Of a stretch of 64,000 bases of DNA, positions 10,516 through 19,920 are shown in pieces (within the stretch, counting starts at the first letter, position 1; each line of letters starts with the position of its first letter). The DNA is from Flavobacteriales bacterium. GTDB lineage: Bacteria > Bacteroidota > Bacteroidia > Flavobacteriales > CAJXXR01. Position numbers and translations under genes: made by a program. The stretch is from positions 2,325 to 66,324 of the forward strand of contig CBDEVQ010000112.1 of the NCBI GenBank assembly GCA_965243605.1. Reading direction: 5' to 3'. The notes under the pieces are model-generated. The model was not told where the DNA came from. It did no database searches and saw only the letters and a program-made list of their open reading frames with translations.

Positions 10516-11982
10516 TTAATTTTGTTCTATTAGTTTAAAATAAGCTTCTACTTCTTCTACATCATCAAAATGTAATTTTTCTCCTTTTATAATTTGGTAA
10601 TCCTCATGCCCTTTTCCAGCAATTAACACAACATCTTTTTCTGAGGTTAATTTTAATGCTGTTCTAATGGCAGAACGTCTATCTGCAATGGATAAATATT
10701 GACTTAACTTTTCCGATGGTACACCAGCCTCCATATCTGCAATAATTAAATCTGGATCTTCAGATCTTGGATTATCTGCTGTAAAAATAGCTTGATCTGA
10801 ATATTGCAATGCAATTTTGGCCATCATTGGTCGCTTTCCTTTATCACGATCTCCTCCACAACCAACAACTGTAATTATTTTACCTTCTTTTGGTTTTATA
10901 TCATGAATGGCCTTTAAAACATTCTCTAAAGCATCTGGCGTATGTGCATAATCTACAATTGCCGTTTTTCCAGATTTAGATCGAACTTGTTCAAATCGCC
11001 CTTTTGCGGTTTTTAATATCGACAATCGCGTTAAGATTTCAAAAGGTTCTTTTCCTAAAAGCTCAGCTACAGCATAACATACGGTTGCATTATATAAGTT
11101 ATGCTCTCCAATTAATTGGACAAACACTTCGGTTTGATTTATTGTAATTAAACTTCCATTTAAATCAAACTCTAAGGCTCTTGTTTTGTAATCTGCTACT
11201 TGATGTAATGCATATGATAATGATTTAGCCTTTGTATGCAACAACATCGTTTCTCCATGTTTATCATCTAAATTAATTAAAGCATATGCCTCTGGTTTTA
11301 ATCCATCAAACAATAACTTTTTAGACGAAATATAATGGTTATAATTTTTATGATAATCTAAATGATCTCTACTAATATTGGTGAAAACGGCTATATCAAA
11401 ATCGACTCCAAACACTCTATTTTGATCTAAAGCATGAGAGCTTACTTCCATAAAACAGGTTGTACATCCATGATCTACCATTTTTCGGAACAACTCTTGG
11501 ACTCGAATAGCATTGGGTGTTGTGTGTGTTGAAGGAAAGACCTCTAAACCGATGTGATATGATATAGTAGAAATAAGCCCTACCTTTTCTCCCATTTGAG
11601 TAAATAGATCAAATAATAAAGTCGCCGTAGTTGTTTTACCATTTGTACCCGTTACCCCTACAACGTTCATTTTTTCAGAAGGAAAGTCGTAAAATGCCGC
11701 TGAAATTTGTGATAAAACTTTTGAAGTATTAGACACTCTTAAATAACAAACACCTTCAACGAACTGTTCAGGTAAAACCTCACAAATTATTGTTGATGCT
11801 CCTAATTCAATTGCTTTGGATATATAAGAATGACCATCTACCTGATACCCTTTAATCGCTATAAATACACAATGTTTCACACACAATCTAGAATCAATTT
11901 CAATTTTAGAAATCGATTGATTCGTGTCCCCAACATATTTTTTAATGTTAAGGTGTTTTATAAGGTCTTTTAAGTTTTTCAC
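10516..11982 (-). CDS. murE: UDP-N-acetylmuramoyl-L-alanyl-D-glutamate--2,6-diaminopimelate ligase
   Basis: GVTGTNGKTTTATL P-loop and a DNPR motif near the C-terminus. It directly abuts mraY, so there is no murF between them. Confidence 0.93.
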   Translation of the reverse strand: MKNLKDLIKHLNIKKYVGDTNQSISKIEIDSRLCVKHCVFIAIKGYQVDGHSYISKAIELGASTIICEVLPEQFVEGVCYLRVSNTSKVLSQISAAFYDFPSEKMNVVGVTGTNGKTTTATLLFDLFTQMGEKVGLISTISYHIGLEVFPSTHTTPNAIRVQELFRKMVDHGCTTCFMEVSSHALDQNRVFGVDFDIAVFTNISRDHLDYHKNYNHYISSKKLLFDGLKPEAYALINLDDKHGETMLLHTKAKSLSYALHQVADYKTRALEFDLNGSLITINQTEVFVQLIGEHNLYNATVCYAVAELLGKEPFEILTRLSILKTAKGRFEQVRSKSGKTAIVDYAHTPDALENVLKAIHDIKPKEGKIITVVGCGGDRDKGKRPMMAKIALQYSDQAIFTADNPRSEDPDLIIADMEAGVPSEKLSQYLSIADRRSAIRTALKLTSEKDVVLIAGKGHEDYQIIKGEKLHFDDVEEVEAYFKLIEQN

Positions 11983-11983
11983 T

Positions 11984-14083
11984 TTAATTCAACTCTAATT
12001 TTATGGTCTGATTTGTCTTAAATGGTTTTCCTGGAGTTATGGATTGCTTTACAACTTTTCCGACACCAGAATACTTAACCTTTAATCCTTTATTCTCTAG
12101 TATAAATAATGCATCCATTAAATTCATACCTATCACTTTAGGGGTTTCATTTTCAAGTCCCATAGAACTAAATTCAGCTTGTAGCTCTAAAGAATCTGAT
12201 TTTATTTCCAACCATCCAGTAACATCTTTATCATGGTTAGATACCCATTTCATTTTACGAGAAAAGTGTTTAAACTCTTCTGAGCCCACCAACATATTTT
12301 TTGGTAATAGACTATATTGTGTTTCGTCAATAAGTTCTAACTCCTCTGAATCTTCTGTATATAATCCGTTTCTAATTTTTTCGAATACAGGTCCTGCCAC
12401 AACATTTCCATAAAACCCAATTGACTTATTCGGCTTTTGTACAACAACAATACAGGTATACTTAGGATTATCCCTTGGGAAATACCCAGCAAAAGAGGAT
12501 TGATATTCTCTAGTCCCTTTCCAATAATTCACCTGACAAGTTCCTGTTTTACCAGCGCATGAAAACTGTTCTGATCTAATATTGGTTGCTGTTCCATGTT
12601 CCACTACTCCAGCCATCATATCTTTTAGCTTTCCAATAGTTGCATCCGAACATATTTTAGAATTTAAGACTTCTTTAGGAAATGATTTAACTACACGTCC
12701 TGCTCTTCTAACTTCTTTTATCACTTGAGGTTTTACAAGCTCTCCGTCATTTGCTATGGCATTATAATAAGACATGAGCTGTATAGGCGCTAAAGAAAGT
12801 TCATATCCATATGCCATCCAAGGTAATGAGACCTTAGACCATCCTTTATCATCAGTTGTTTTTATTTTAGGTATCGCTTCCCCAGGAATATCTATACCAA
12901 TTGGTTTAGTTACCCCTAAACGTGCTATACGATCTACAAACCGTTGCGGATCGTCTTTGTAATGTTCTTCAATTATTTTTGCTATGGCAATATTCGATGA
13001 GAGTTCAAACGCTTGTTTTACATTTATGGTACCAAATCCGCCTCTATGGGAATCTTCCATTTTCTGACCATAAAACCACGCTTTTCCATCTCCTGTTTCT
13101 ATCAAGTCATTGGTATCAATATACCCATCTTCCATGGCTACCATATAAGATATTAACTTAAATGTAGAACCTGGTTCTGTAGCATCTCCTACCGCATAGT
13201 TTTTTGTTTCTCTAAAAATATCATCCTGACCTCTTCTCAAATTAACAATCGATTTAACAGCCCCCGTTTTGGTTTCCATTAAAATAACCGTTCCACTTTC
13301 TGCTTCGTATTTCTTTAATTGATCTAACAAGGCATTATGACACAAATCTTGCATTCTAACATCAATATATGTCACAATATCAGCCCCATCTACAGGTTCC
13401 AAATCATTACTGGATGGTAAAGGTTTAGATTTACCTCCTGAAATTTTTTGTACCATCATATACCCTTTTTCTCCTGAAAGTTCATTAGAATAAGACCCTT
13501 CTAACCCAACATCATTTGGAGAATCTTCCACTTCATATCCTAAAGTTCGTTTGGCAAGAATTCCGAAAGGTTTTTTACGGGTATCCTTTTTCTCTACAAC
13601 AATACCTCCTTTGTAACGCCCTTTATTTAAAATAGGAAGAGCCTTTAATTGCTTTACTTGCGTGTAATTCAAATTTCTTTGAATTACGAGGTACTTACTT
13701 TTGATTTTTCTTGAAGATAAAAATCGTTTATAAAAGGACTTAGAATTGTACCGTTCTGGAAACAATATGGCTAAAGAATCAGATAATGGCTTTAAGCTTT
13801 CGTCTATTAATTTTTGTTTTGGGATGGATGGATCTATTGCTACTGTATAAATTGGTAAGGATGTTAAGAGAAGATTTCCTGCTTCATCATAAACACTTCC
13901 TCTAGAAGGTGTAATCTCATCGCGTTTAACCGTTGTTTTTTCACCTAAATCTTTATAATAAGCTCCATCATTAATGTAGATATATATTAGCCGAAAAGGT
14001 ATAGCCAACATACAAATAAACAGTCCTAAAGTCAACATCATGAGTTTAGAGCTTTTAATATATTTAGATGTATGTTTACTCAT
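11984..14083 (-). CDS. ftsI: Class B penicillin-binding protein (FtsI-type transpeptidase) with a C-terminal PASTA-like module
   Basis: Transpeptidase motifs STFK, SSN and KTGT. It has an N-terminal TM anchor and sits between the ftsL-like gene and murE. Confidence 0.9.
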   Translation of the reverse strand: MSKHTSKYIKSSKLMMLTLGLFICMLAIPFRLIYIYINDGAYYKDLGEKTTVKRDEITPSRGSVYDEAGNLLLTSLPIYTVAIDPSIPKQKLIDESLKPLSDSLAILFPERYNSKSFYKRFLSSRKIKSKYLVIQRNLNYTQVKQLKALPILNKGRYKGGIVVEKKDTRKKPFGILAKRTLGYEVEDSPNDVGLEGSYSNELSGEKGYMMVQKISGGKSKPLPSSNDLEPVDGADIVTYIDVRMQDLCHNALLDQLKKYEAESGTVILMETKTGAVKSIVNLRRGQDDIFRETKNYAVGDATEPGSTFKLISYMVAMEDGYIDTNDLIETGDGKAWFYGQKMEDSHRGGFGTINVKQAFELSSNIAIAKIIEEHYKDDPQRFVDRIARLGVTKPIGIDIPGEAIPKIKTTDDKGWSKVSLPWMAYGYELSLAPIQLMSYYNAIANDGELVKPQVIKEVRRAGRVVKSFPKEVLNSKICSDATIGKLKDMMAGVVEHGTATNIRSEQFSCAGKTGTCQVNYWKGTREYQSSFAGYFPRDNPKYTCIVVVQKPNKSIGFYGNVVAGPVFEKIRNGLYTEDSEELELIDETQYSLLPKNMLVGSEEFKHFSRKMKWVSNHDKDVTGWLEIKSDSLELQAEFSSMGLENETPKVIGMNLMDALFILENKGLKVKYSGVGKVVKQSITPGKPFKTNQTIKLELN

Positions 14084-14405
14084 TTTCTACTTCTATAAAT
14101 CTTGGAGACTCAAATGAGTGTTCGAGTCCTAATTGTTCAACTTCTTTAATAACAACAGATGGTTTGGTTAAACCGACCCGTTTTGTTCTATACCCTACAT
14201 GTTCACTTGTGGCTTCTCGTCTTAAATCCTCAAGTTTTTTAATCTCATATATTTTCTGATCTGCCGACCCCGAAAAATAAATGACAATTAACATCCATAA
14301 AAAAATATATACAGCAATCCCACCATGCTTTCTAACTTCTTTTTGTTGAAAGATGGTTCCTTTTATAAAGGATCTTATGTATCTATTAATGGATTTTTTA
14401 GCCAT
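14076..14405 (-). CDS. FtsL-like small bitopic cell-division protein
   Basis: 109 aa with one TM helix (IAVYIFLWMLIVIYF). It has 8-nt overlaps with both rsmH and ftsI. This is the canonical slot for FtsL in dcw clusters. Confidence 0.7.
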   Translation of the reverse strand: MAKKSINRYIRSFIKGTIFQQKEVRKHGGIAVYIFLWMLIVIYFSGSADQKIYEIKKLEDLRREATSEHVGYRTKRVGLTKPSVVIKEVEQLGLEHSFESPRFIEVENE

Positions 14406-15327
14406 TGAATGGTATTTTTTCAGCTATTCTTAATTTAGCACTTCTAGCTCTAGAGTTATCTTGTAATTCTTCACTAGTGGATAAGATTGGTTTTCTATTT
14501 ATCTTCTTAAATGGCACTATTGGGTTACCGTAAAAATCTTTAACCACTTCGCCTTTAAAATTACCACTTTGCATAAATCGTTTTACCAACCTATCTTCTA
14601 ATGAATGGTAGGTGATAACAGATAATCGTCCACCTTCTTTTAATAAAGGAACTGTAGATTCTAAAAATTCTTTAAGCACAGCCATTTCTTCATTAACCTC
14701 TATTCTTAAAGCCTGAAAAACTTGAGCGTAATATTTATTCGCGTGTTTAGGCGTTGTTAGAGGTTCTAAAATTTTAATCAAATCACCTGTAGTAATAATT
14801 TCATTTTCTTCTCGTTTAGCAACAATAATTCTTGCCAACTTTTTAGAATTTGAAACTTCTCCATAATCCGATAAAATACGAACCAATTCAGATTCACTGT
14901 ACTGGGCTATAATCTCTTTGGCAGATTGACCATTCGTTGAGTTCATTCTCATATCGAGTTCAGCATCAAAACGAAAAGAAAATCCACGTTCAGCCGTATC
15001 AAATTGATGTGAAGACACGCCAAGATCTGCTAATATTCCATCTACTTTACTAACACCATACATTAACATAGATGTTTTAATATATCTAAAGTTCTGCATA
15101 ATCAATTTAAACTGACTATGCTCAGGAACATTATCTAAAACATCTCTATCTTGATCAAAAGCATAAAGTTTTCCTTGATTTATATCTTTAAGAATACGAC
15201 GTGAGTGTCCGCCTCCTCCAAAGGTAACATCAATATAAATTCCATCTGGATTTATATTTAACCCATTAACCGATTCTTCTAATAATACGGGTACGTGGTA
15301 TGCTGGTGTGTCCATAGGTATATACAA
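14398..15327 (-). CDS. rsmH: 16S rRNA (cytosine1402-N4)-methyltransferase
   Basis: YHVPVLLEES and DVTFGGGGHS motifs. It is the first gene of the dcw cluster. An alternative ATG at 15315 is also possible. Confidence 0.95.
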   Translation of the reverse strand: MYIPMDTPAYHVPVLLEESVNGLNINPDGIYIDVTFGGGGHSRRILKDINQGKLYAFDQDRDVLDNVPEHSQFKLIMQNFRYIKTSMLMYGVSKVDGILADLGVSSHQFDTAERGFSFRFDAELDMRMNSTNGQSAKEIIAQYSESELVRILSDYGEVSNSKKLARIIVAKREENEIITTGDLIKILEPLTTPKHANKYYAQVFQALRIEVNEEMAVLKEFLESTVPLLKEGGRLSVITYHSLEDRLVKRFMQSGNFKGEVVKDFYGNPIVPFKKINRKPILSTSEELQDNSRARSAKLRIAEKIPFNG

Positions 15328-15412
15328 ATTTCGAGGTCCTTAAAATTAAGTTCCCACCGAATAAAAGTCAATTCGTTTTAATACTAACCAGTAGCTTCTG
15401 GCAAAAGTTCCG

Positions 15413-15420
15413 CAAAGGTA
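15413..15420 (-). promoter_or_regulatory. Candidate Bacteroidota -7 box (TACCTTTG) for the dcw operon
   Basis: The minus strand reads TACCTTTG, which matches TAnnTTTG, about 85-100 nt upstream of the rsmH start. I found no convincing -33 TTTG. Confidence 0.3.
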
Positions 15421-15672
15421 ATCCTTGATTCCTTTAAAACTCTTAAAAAAGAGTATAGATTTTATCAAAATACACGTACAGAGGTACGCTTTTTTTAATG
15501 AGTGAATCAAATTATTCGATAACTTGTGAATGTTTGTATGTCATTCACCATTTTCAATGCTTGTAAATATAATTTTTTTAATTAAATTTTCATAAAATGA
15601 AAACATGAAATTACAATTAAAATCGAGTTATTTTTATAGATAAAATGTATATTATTATTTTAAATTATTAAT

Positions 15673-16209
15673 CTAATTATATGTTAATCCAACAACAGAA
15701 TTTAGCGTTATTGGTTGTGGATCAGAAGAAGACTCTGCTTTAGATTCATCATTAACATCATTTTTATTATATCTCACTACACAATACCCTAAATCCACTT
15801 TCATACTTACATAATAATAATTGTGATAAGATGAATTGGCATGTAGTTTACCATCAAACATTAATTCATTGCTAACTTCTATATTAGGAGTTGTTAGACT
15901 ATCTATGTAATGTTTCACACTCTTTTGTGTTACACCTCTAGTTGGACTGTCAGACACCATATCATTCTCATCTAACAATGAATTGGAAACAATTTGCACA
16001 ATTCCGGAAGAGTCTAATCCAACTTCAGTAACTATTCCATGAGTTAATCCAACATAATATCGATTATTTACAGTATCTAAATAAAAATCACCTTCGTTCG
16101 CTGTTTTATTAAGATTTATCTGTTCTATTTCAGAAGATGTATAAAACTGAGCATACCCTTCTGATACAGAAAGTAAGAATAATAATGAAAAAAATATAAT
16201 GTATTTCAT
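15673..16209 (-). CDS. Hypothetical secreted protein (178 aa)
   Basis: Clear signal peptide (MKYIIFFSLLFLLSVSEGYAQ). I recognise no family motif. Confidence 0.6.
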   Translation of the reverse strand: MKYIIFFSLLFLLSVSEGYAQFYTSSEIEQINLNKTANEGDFYLDTVNNRYYVGLTHGIVTEVGLDSSGIVQIVSNSLLDENDMVSDSPTRGVTQKSVKHYIDSLTTPNIEVSNELMFDGKLHANSSYHNYYYVSMKVDLGYCVVRYNKNDVNDESKAESSSDPQPITLNSVVGLTYN

Positions 16210-16501
16210 AACCGTTTTTAAATAAGTTCTTTAACAACTCTAATATTATTAGAATAGAATTTAATGCAAAAATAAAAGCTTTCAATTAAATAACAGATGA
16301 ATATAATCTATTTTTTTTAGATATTTTATTTACTGAATCTCTGTAAAACAATATCCTAGGGTAAATTATCTTCTAATTATTTGTAGTTTTGCACTCTTAA
16401 TACGATTTGATTTAAATAACTGATGTAGATACTGGATGTATTTACAAAAAAAATCATATCAATTATCATTCATGGAATTGGTGCAATTATATTAAACAAT
16501 T

Positions 16502-18487
16502 ATGGTATTCATCCTTAGGTTCAAAAAACATCTTAGCAATATGCTTCGCTTGTGTTTTTTCATCATTAGTATCCTTGGTACATCTAATGTAAATGCTCAA
16601 GTTAATCTAGAAAGCTTATCTGGAATAAGTAAGGATGGTATTTATTATTACGTAACAGGAGACGTCCTAATCACTCAATCTATAAACCCTATTCCTTTAG
16701 GAATTATCCGAATTTATAATGGAGGGCGATTACGATTTGGAAATAATGCGTCTATTAAACTGGGAGAAGTCAAACGTGATAGCGGTGGTCAAATTGTTTA
16801 CGATAACGATTTAAAACCCGTTATTAAAAGTAGTGTTTACGTTCTTGAACAACATGATGCAGGGGCCTTTGGAGCCGATAATTACAACGGATCTTCTCAA
16901 GCTCGTTTTATGAATGGTTGTAATGTTGAATTAGAAGGTGTAACCTGGGTTATTGCAACAACATCTCGTAGCGATTTTGACATTAAACCTGGAGCTAGCG
17001 TACATTTTAGAAATTCGTTTGTTATTTCTAAAACATTTAGTTATTCACATTTTGCAAGTTCTAATATTACTATTGATGGACTTGTTATGGACCATAGAAG
17101 TAATACTGCTGGTTTAGAGTTTGGATTAGGAAACATTCCTTCTTCGTTAACCAATTTAGATATTATTGACAACAATACAGGAAGTGGAAGTAGACATTTT
17201 GTTTTAGTAAATTTCCCAGGAAATAACACCTACGAAATAGACCGATTAAAGGCGAGAAATATTTGTCTTTATTCAAGCAGTTTATACACAACTATTTTAA
17301 ACAATCCATTAGGAAATGTTATAAAAGGACAGTTTTATAATAATATTTTAGAGGTTAACAGAGATCTTTCTTTACAAACCATTGACGATGACAATAATCC
17401 ACTTACAAATGTAGATGTTTATGTTAAGCGTAAAATTGGAGATGCGTTCACAAATTCTACGGCAGTAAATGCAAATGGATCATATACCAAACGCCTTCTT
17501 CAATACAGACAAACCCACGGATCTTCAAGTGTATCGTATCAAAATGAATACGATGTTTATTTTGCTCACTATAACAAGTTATTTAAAGCTCAATCTTTCA
17601 CTTTAGATTATGAGGAAGGGTTAAATGGAGAAAACGATTTAGGTAATATTAAGCTTTTAGATGACGATGGTATTTCGGAAAACAATATGACTACTGTTTC
17701 TTCTTATACTGGAATATCTATAAATCACGCCTCCAAAACAATTACCATTTCAGATTCAACTAGTTTATGTAATCTTTACGATTATATAAAGTACGACAAA
17801 GTATCGATAAACCAAGACCAACCCAACGTCACAACATTTTTAGCTTCTAAAAATGGAACAACCCTCAATCTATCCGATTATTCGATAGAAGTTGTTGCTA
17901 ATGGAGAACTTACTGTATGCGATTTATTTGAGAAAATTGAAACGACAGGGAATTCTACAATATCTGACATTAGCCAATTACAAGTTGCATTACAAGACCA
18001 AACAAACACCTACAAACTGATAAGATTAAAAGGGTTAGAAAATGGTCATGTTATGGTGTATGATCACATTCAAGATACGCTTATTACTTCTTATGAAGAG
18101 CAAACCGGAGAATTTACATTTGTTACGAATGGAAATTACACCGAGATTAAACTTTTGATAGAAAAAGATCAATATACAGATTGGGGACATGTATTAGATC
18201 TTTCTGTAAATGATGTCTTTAGTTACATTGTTTTCCATGCACCAAAAGATTTCTTATCGGCTACCGAAGAAAAGCAAGAAGAGATGATTTACATTCTTCA
18301 AAAGCTTTTACTTAAAACCCAAGCCATCCAAAGCGAATTAAATAATAACACGCTTCCTACCCCAACATTTACAATTAATAATTACAACACAGGTATTCAA
18401 GCCACTATAGAAAACCAAGTTGAAATGACTCGAATTCTTAAATTACTATTAAAACAGAATACTAGCATACGTAAACAAGTTAATTAA
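16502..18487 (+). CDS. Hypothetical secreted protein (661 aa; alternative start at 16541)
   Basis: Long uninterrupted ORF with a signal peptide (MLRLCFFIISILGTSNVNAQ). The body is rich in N, S, T and G. The C-terminus carries a duplicated helical motif. I recognise no family motif. Confidence 0.7.
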   Translation: MVFILRFKKHLSNMLRLCFFIISILGTSNVNAQVNLESLSGISKDGIYYYVTGDVLITQSINPIPLGIIRIYNGGRLRFGNNASIKLGEVKRDSGGQIVYDNDLKPVIKSSVYVLEQHDAGAFGADNYNGSSQARFMNGCNVELEGVTWVIATTSRSDFDIKPGASVHFRNSFVISKTFSYSHFASSNITIDGLVMDHRSNTAGLEFGLGNIPSSLTNLDIIDNNTGSGSRHFVLVNFPGNNTYEIDRLKARNICLYSSSLYTTILNNPLGNVIKGQFYNNILEVNRDLSLQTIDDDNNPLTNVDVYVKRKIGDAFTNSTAVNANGSYTKRLLQYRQTHGSSSVSYQNEYDVYFAHYNKLFKAQSFTLDYEEGLNGENDLGNIKLLDDDGISENNMTTVSSYTGISINHASKTITISDSTSLCNLYDYIKYDKVSINQDQPNVTTFLASKNGTTLNLSDYSIEVVANGELTVCDLFEKIETTGNSTISDISQLQVALQDQTNTYKLIRLKGLENGHVMVYDHIQDTLITSYEEQTGEFTFVTNGNYTEIKLLIEKDQYTDWGHVLDLSVNDVFSYIVFHAPKDFLSATEEKQEEMIYILQKLLLKTQAIQSELNNNTLPTPTFTINNYNTGIQATIENQVEMTRILKLLLKQNTSIRKQVN

Positions 18488-18640
18488 ATGATACATCTTC
18501 ATATATTTAACGGTTTCCATAAAACATTTAAACCTATTAAATATCAGTATTATTTGTCTATTCATGTAAAGCTTTTATAAATAATAGTGAAAAAATAGAA
18601 ATATCGAAAAAATATGCTTTTCTATATGGAATCAAAAAAC

Positions 18641-18648
18641 TATTTTTG
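18641..18648 (+). promoter_or_regulatory. Candidate -7 box (TATTTTTG) for sucC
   Basis: Matches TAnnTTTG and ends 22 nt upstream of the ATG at 18670. It lies inside the 5' extension of the ORF-track call, which argues for the shorter start. Confidence 0.4.
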
Positions 18649-18669
18649 CTCGAGACAAAAAAATACGTC

Positions 18670-19860
18670 ATGAACTTACACGAATATCAAGGAAAAGAAA
18701 TATTAGCAGGTTACGGTGTTGGAATCCAACGCGGAATTGTTGCTACTACTCCAGAAGAAGCTGTTGAAGCTGCTAAAAAATTAACTGAAGAAACTGGTAC
18801 AGGATGGCACGTTGTAAAAGCGCAAGTACACGCTGGTGGTCGTGGAAAAGGTGGTGGTGTTAAACTTGCCAAAAATCTTGATGAAGTTAAATCTATAGCT
18901 AATGACATTATTGGAATGCAATTAGTTACTCCTCAAACTTCTGCCGAAGGTAAAAAAGTACACCAAGTACTAATTGCTGAGGATGTATATTACCCAGGTG
19001 AAACTGAAACTTCAGAAATTTACATGTCGGTTTTATTAAACCGTGCTTCTGGTAGAAATATGATTATGTATTCTACAGAAGGTGGAATGGATATTGAAGA
19101 GGTTGCTGATAAAACGCCACACTTAATCTTCACAGAAGAAATCGACCCAAAAGTTGGTTTACAAGGATTCCAAGCTCGTAAAGTTGCTTTTAACCTTGGG
19201 TTAGAAGGAATGGCATACAAAAACATGGTAAAGTTTGTTTACAGCCTTTATAATGCATTTGTTGGTTCTGACTCTTCTATGTTTGAAATTAACCCTGTGT
19301 TAAAAACATCAGATAATAAAGTTATTGCTGTTGATGCTAAAGTAACGATTGATGATAACGCATTATACCGTCATAAAGATATCGCTGAATTACGTGATAC
19401 ACGTGAGGAAGATGCAACGGAGGTTGAAGCTGGTGATTACGGATTAAACTTCGTAAAACTTGACGGAAACGTTGGATGTATGGTAAATGGTGCAGGATTA
19501 GCAATGGCTACTATGGATATTATTAAGATGTCTGGAGGTAACCCAGCTAACTTCTTAGATGTTGGAGGTACTGCAGATGCTGCTCGTGTTGAACAAGCAT
19601 TCCGTATTATTTTAAGAGACCAAAATGTAAAAGCTATTTTAGTTAACATTTTTGGAGGTATTGTACGTTGTGACCGTGTTGCTAATGGTATTGTTGAAGC
19701 ATGTAAAAACATGACTGATATTAATGTACCAATTATTGTACGTTTACAAGGAACAAACGCTGAAGAAGCTAAAACAATTATTGACGAAAGTGGTTTAGAG
19801 GTACACTCTGCTATCGCTTTACAAGATGCTGCTGATTTAGTTAAGAAATTAGTATCTTAA
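18670..19860 (+). CDS. sucC: ADP-forming succinate--CoA ligase, beta subunit
   Basis: MNLHEYQGKEIL N-terminus and an ATP-grasp region (KAQVHAGGRGKGGGV). I moved the start from the track position 18646 to the conserved MNLHEYQ. Confidence 0.95.
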   Translation: MNLHEYQGKEILAGYGVGIQRGIVATTPEEAVEAAKKLTEETGTGWHVVKAQVHAGGRGKGGGVKLAKNLDEVKSIANDIIGMQLVTPQTSAEGKKVHQVLIAEDVYYPGETETSEIYMSVLLNRASGRNMIMYSTEGGMDIEEVADKTPHLIFTEEIDPKVGLQGFQARKVAFNLGLEGMAYKNMVKFVYSLYNAFVGSDSSMFEINPVLKTSDNKVIAVDAKVTIDDNALYRHKDIAELRDTREEDATEVEAGDYGLNFVKLDGNVGCMVNGAGLAMATMDIIKMSGGNPANFLDVGGTADAARVEQAFRIILRDQNVKAILVNIFGGIVRCDRVANGIVEACKNMTDINVPIIVRLQGTNAEEAKTIIDESGLEVHSAIALQDAADLVKKLVS

Positions 19861-19869
19861 TCTAATTAT

Positions 19870-19894
19870 TGTCTCGTCCTAAATAACCGTTACA
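19870..19894. repeat. IS3 element terminal inverted repeat (orfB-proximal end)
   Basis: TGTCTCGTCCTAAATAACCGTTACA compared with the reverse complement of 21235-21259, TGTCCCGTCCTGAAATATCGTTACA. Confidence 0.8.
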
Positions 19895-19920
19895 GGTTTT
19901 AAGCGAATATACTTAATTTA

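Noticed and set aside
15399-15414. Sigma-54-like -24/-12 element TGGCAAAAGTTCCGCA (GG-N10-GC spacing) on the plus strand upstream of rsmH.
   Set aside because: It is oriented away from the dcw genes and would only drive transcription antisense to the 15673-16209 gene. The -12 region is CCGC rather than TTGC. It also overlaps the better-placed minus-strand -7 box. It is likely fortuitous.
18646-18669. N-terminal extensions in the ORF track. These are sucC 18646, dapD 25511, sufB 40000 (TTG), membrane protein 38854 (TTG), S46 peptidase 32035, thioesterase 32538, bEBP 36878, miaB 38462, hypothetical 29525 and IS orfA 21260.
   Set aside because: The conserved family N-termini or signal peptides begin at internal Met codons. 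In several cases a TAnnTTTG -7 box lies inside the extension. In the IS, the extension crosses the element boundary.
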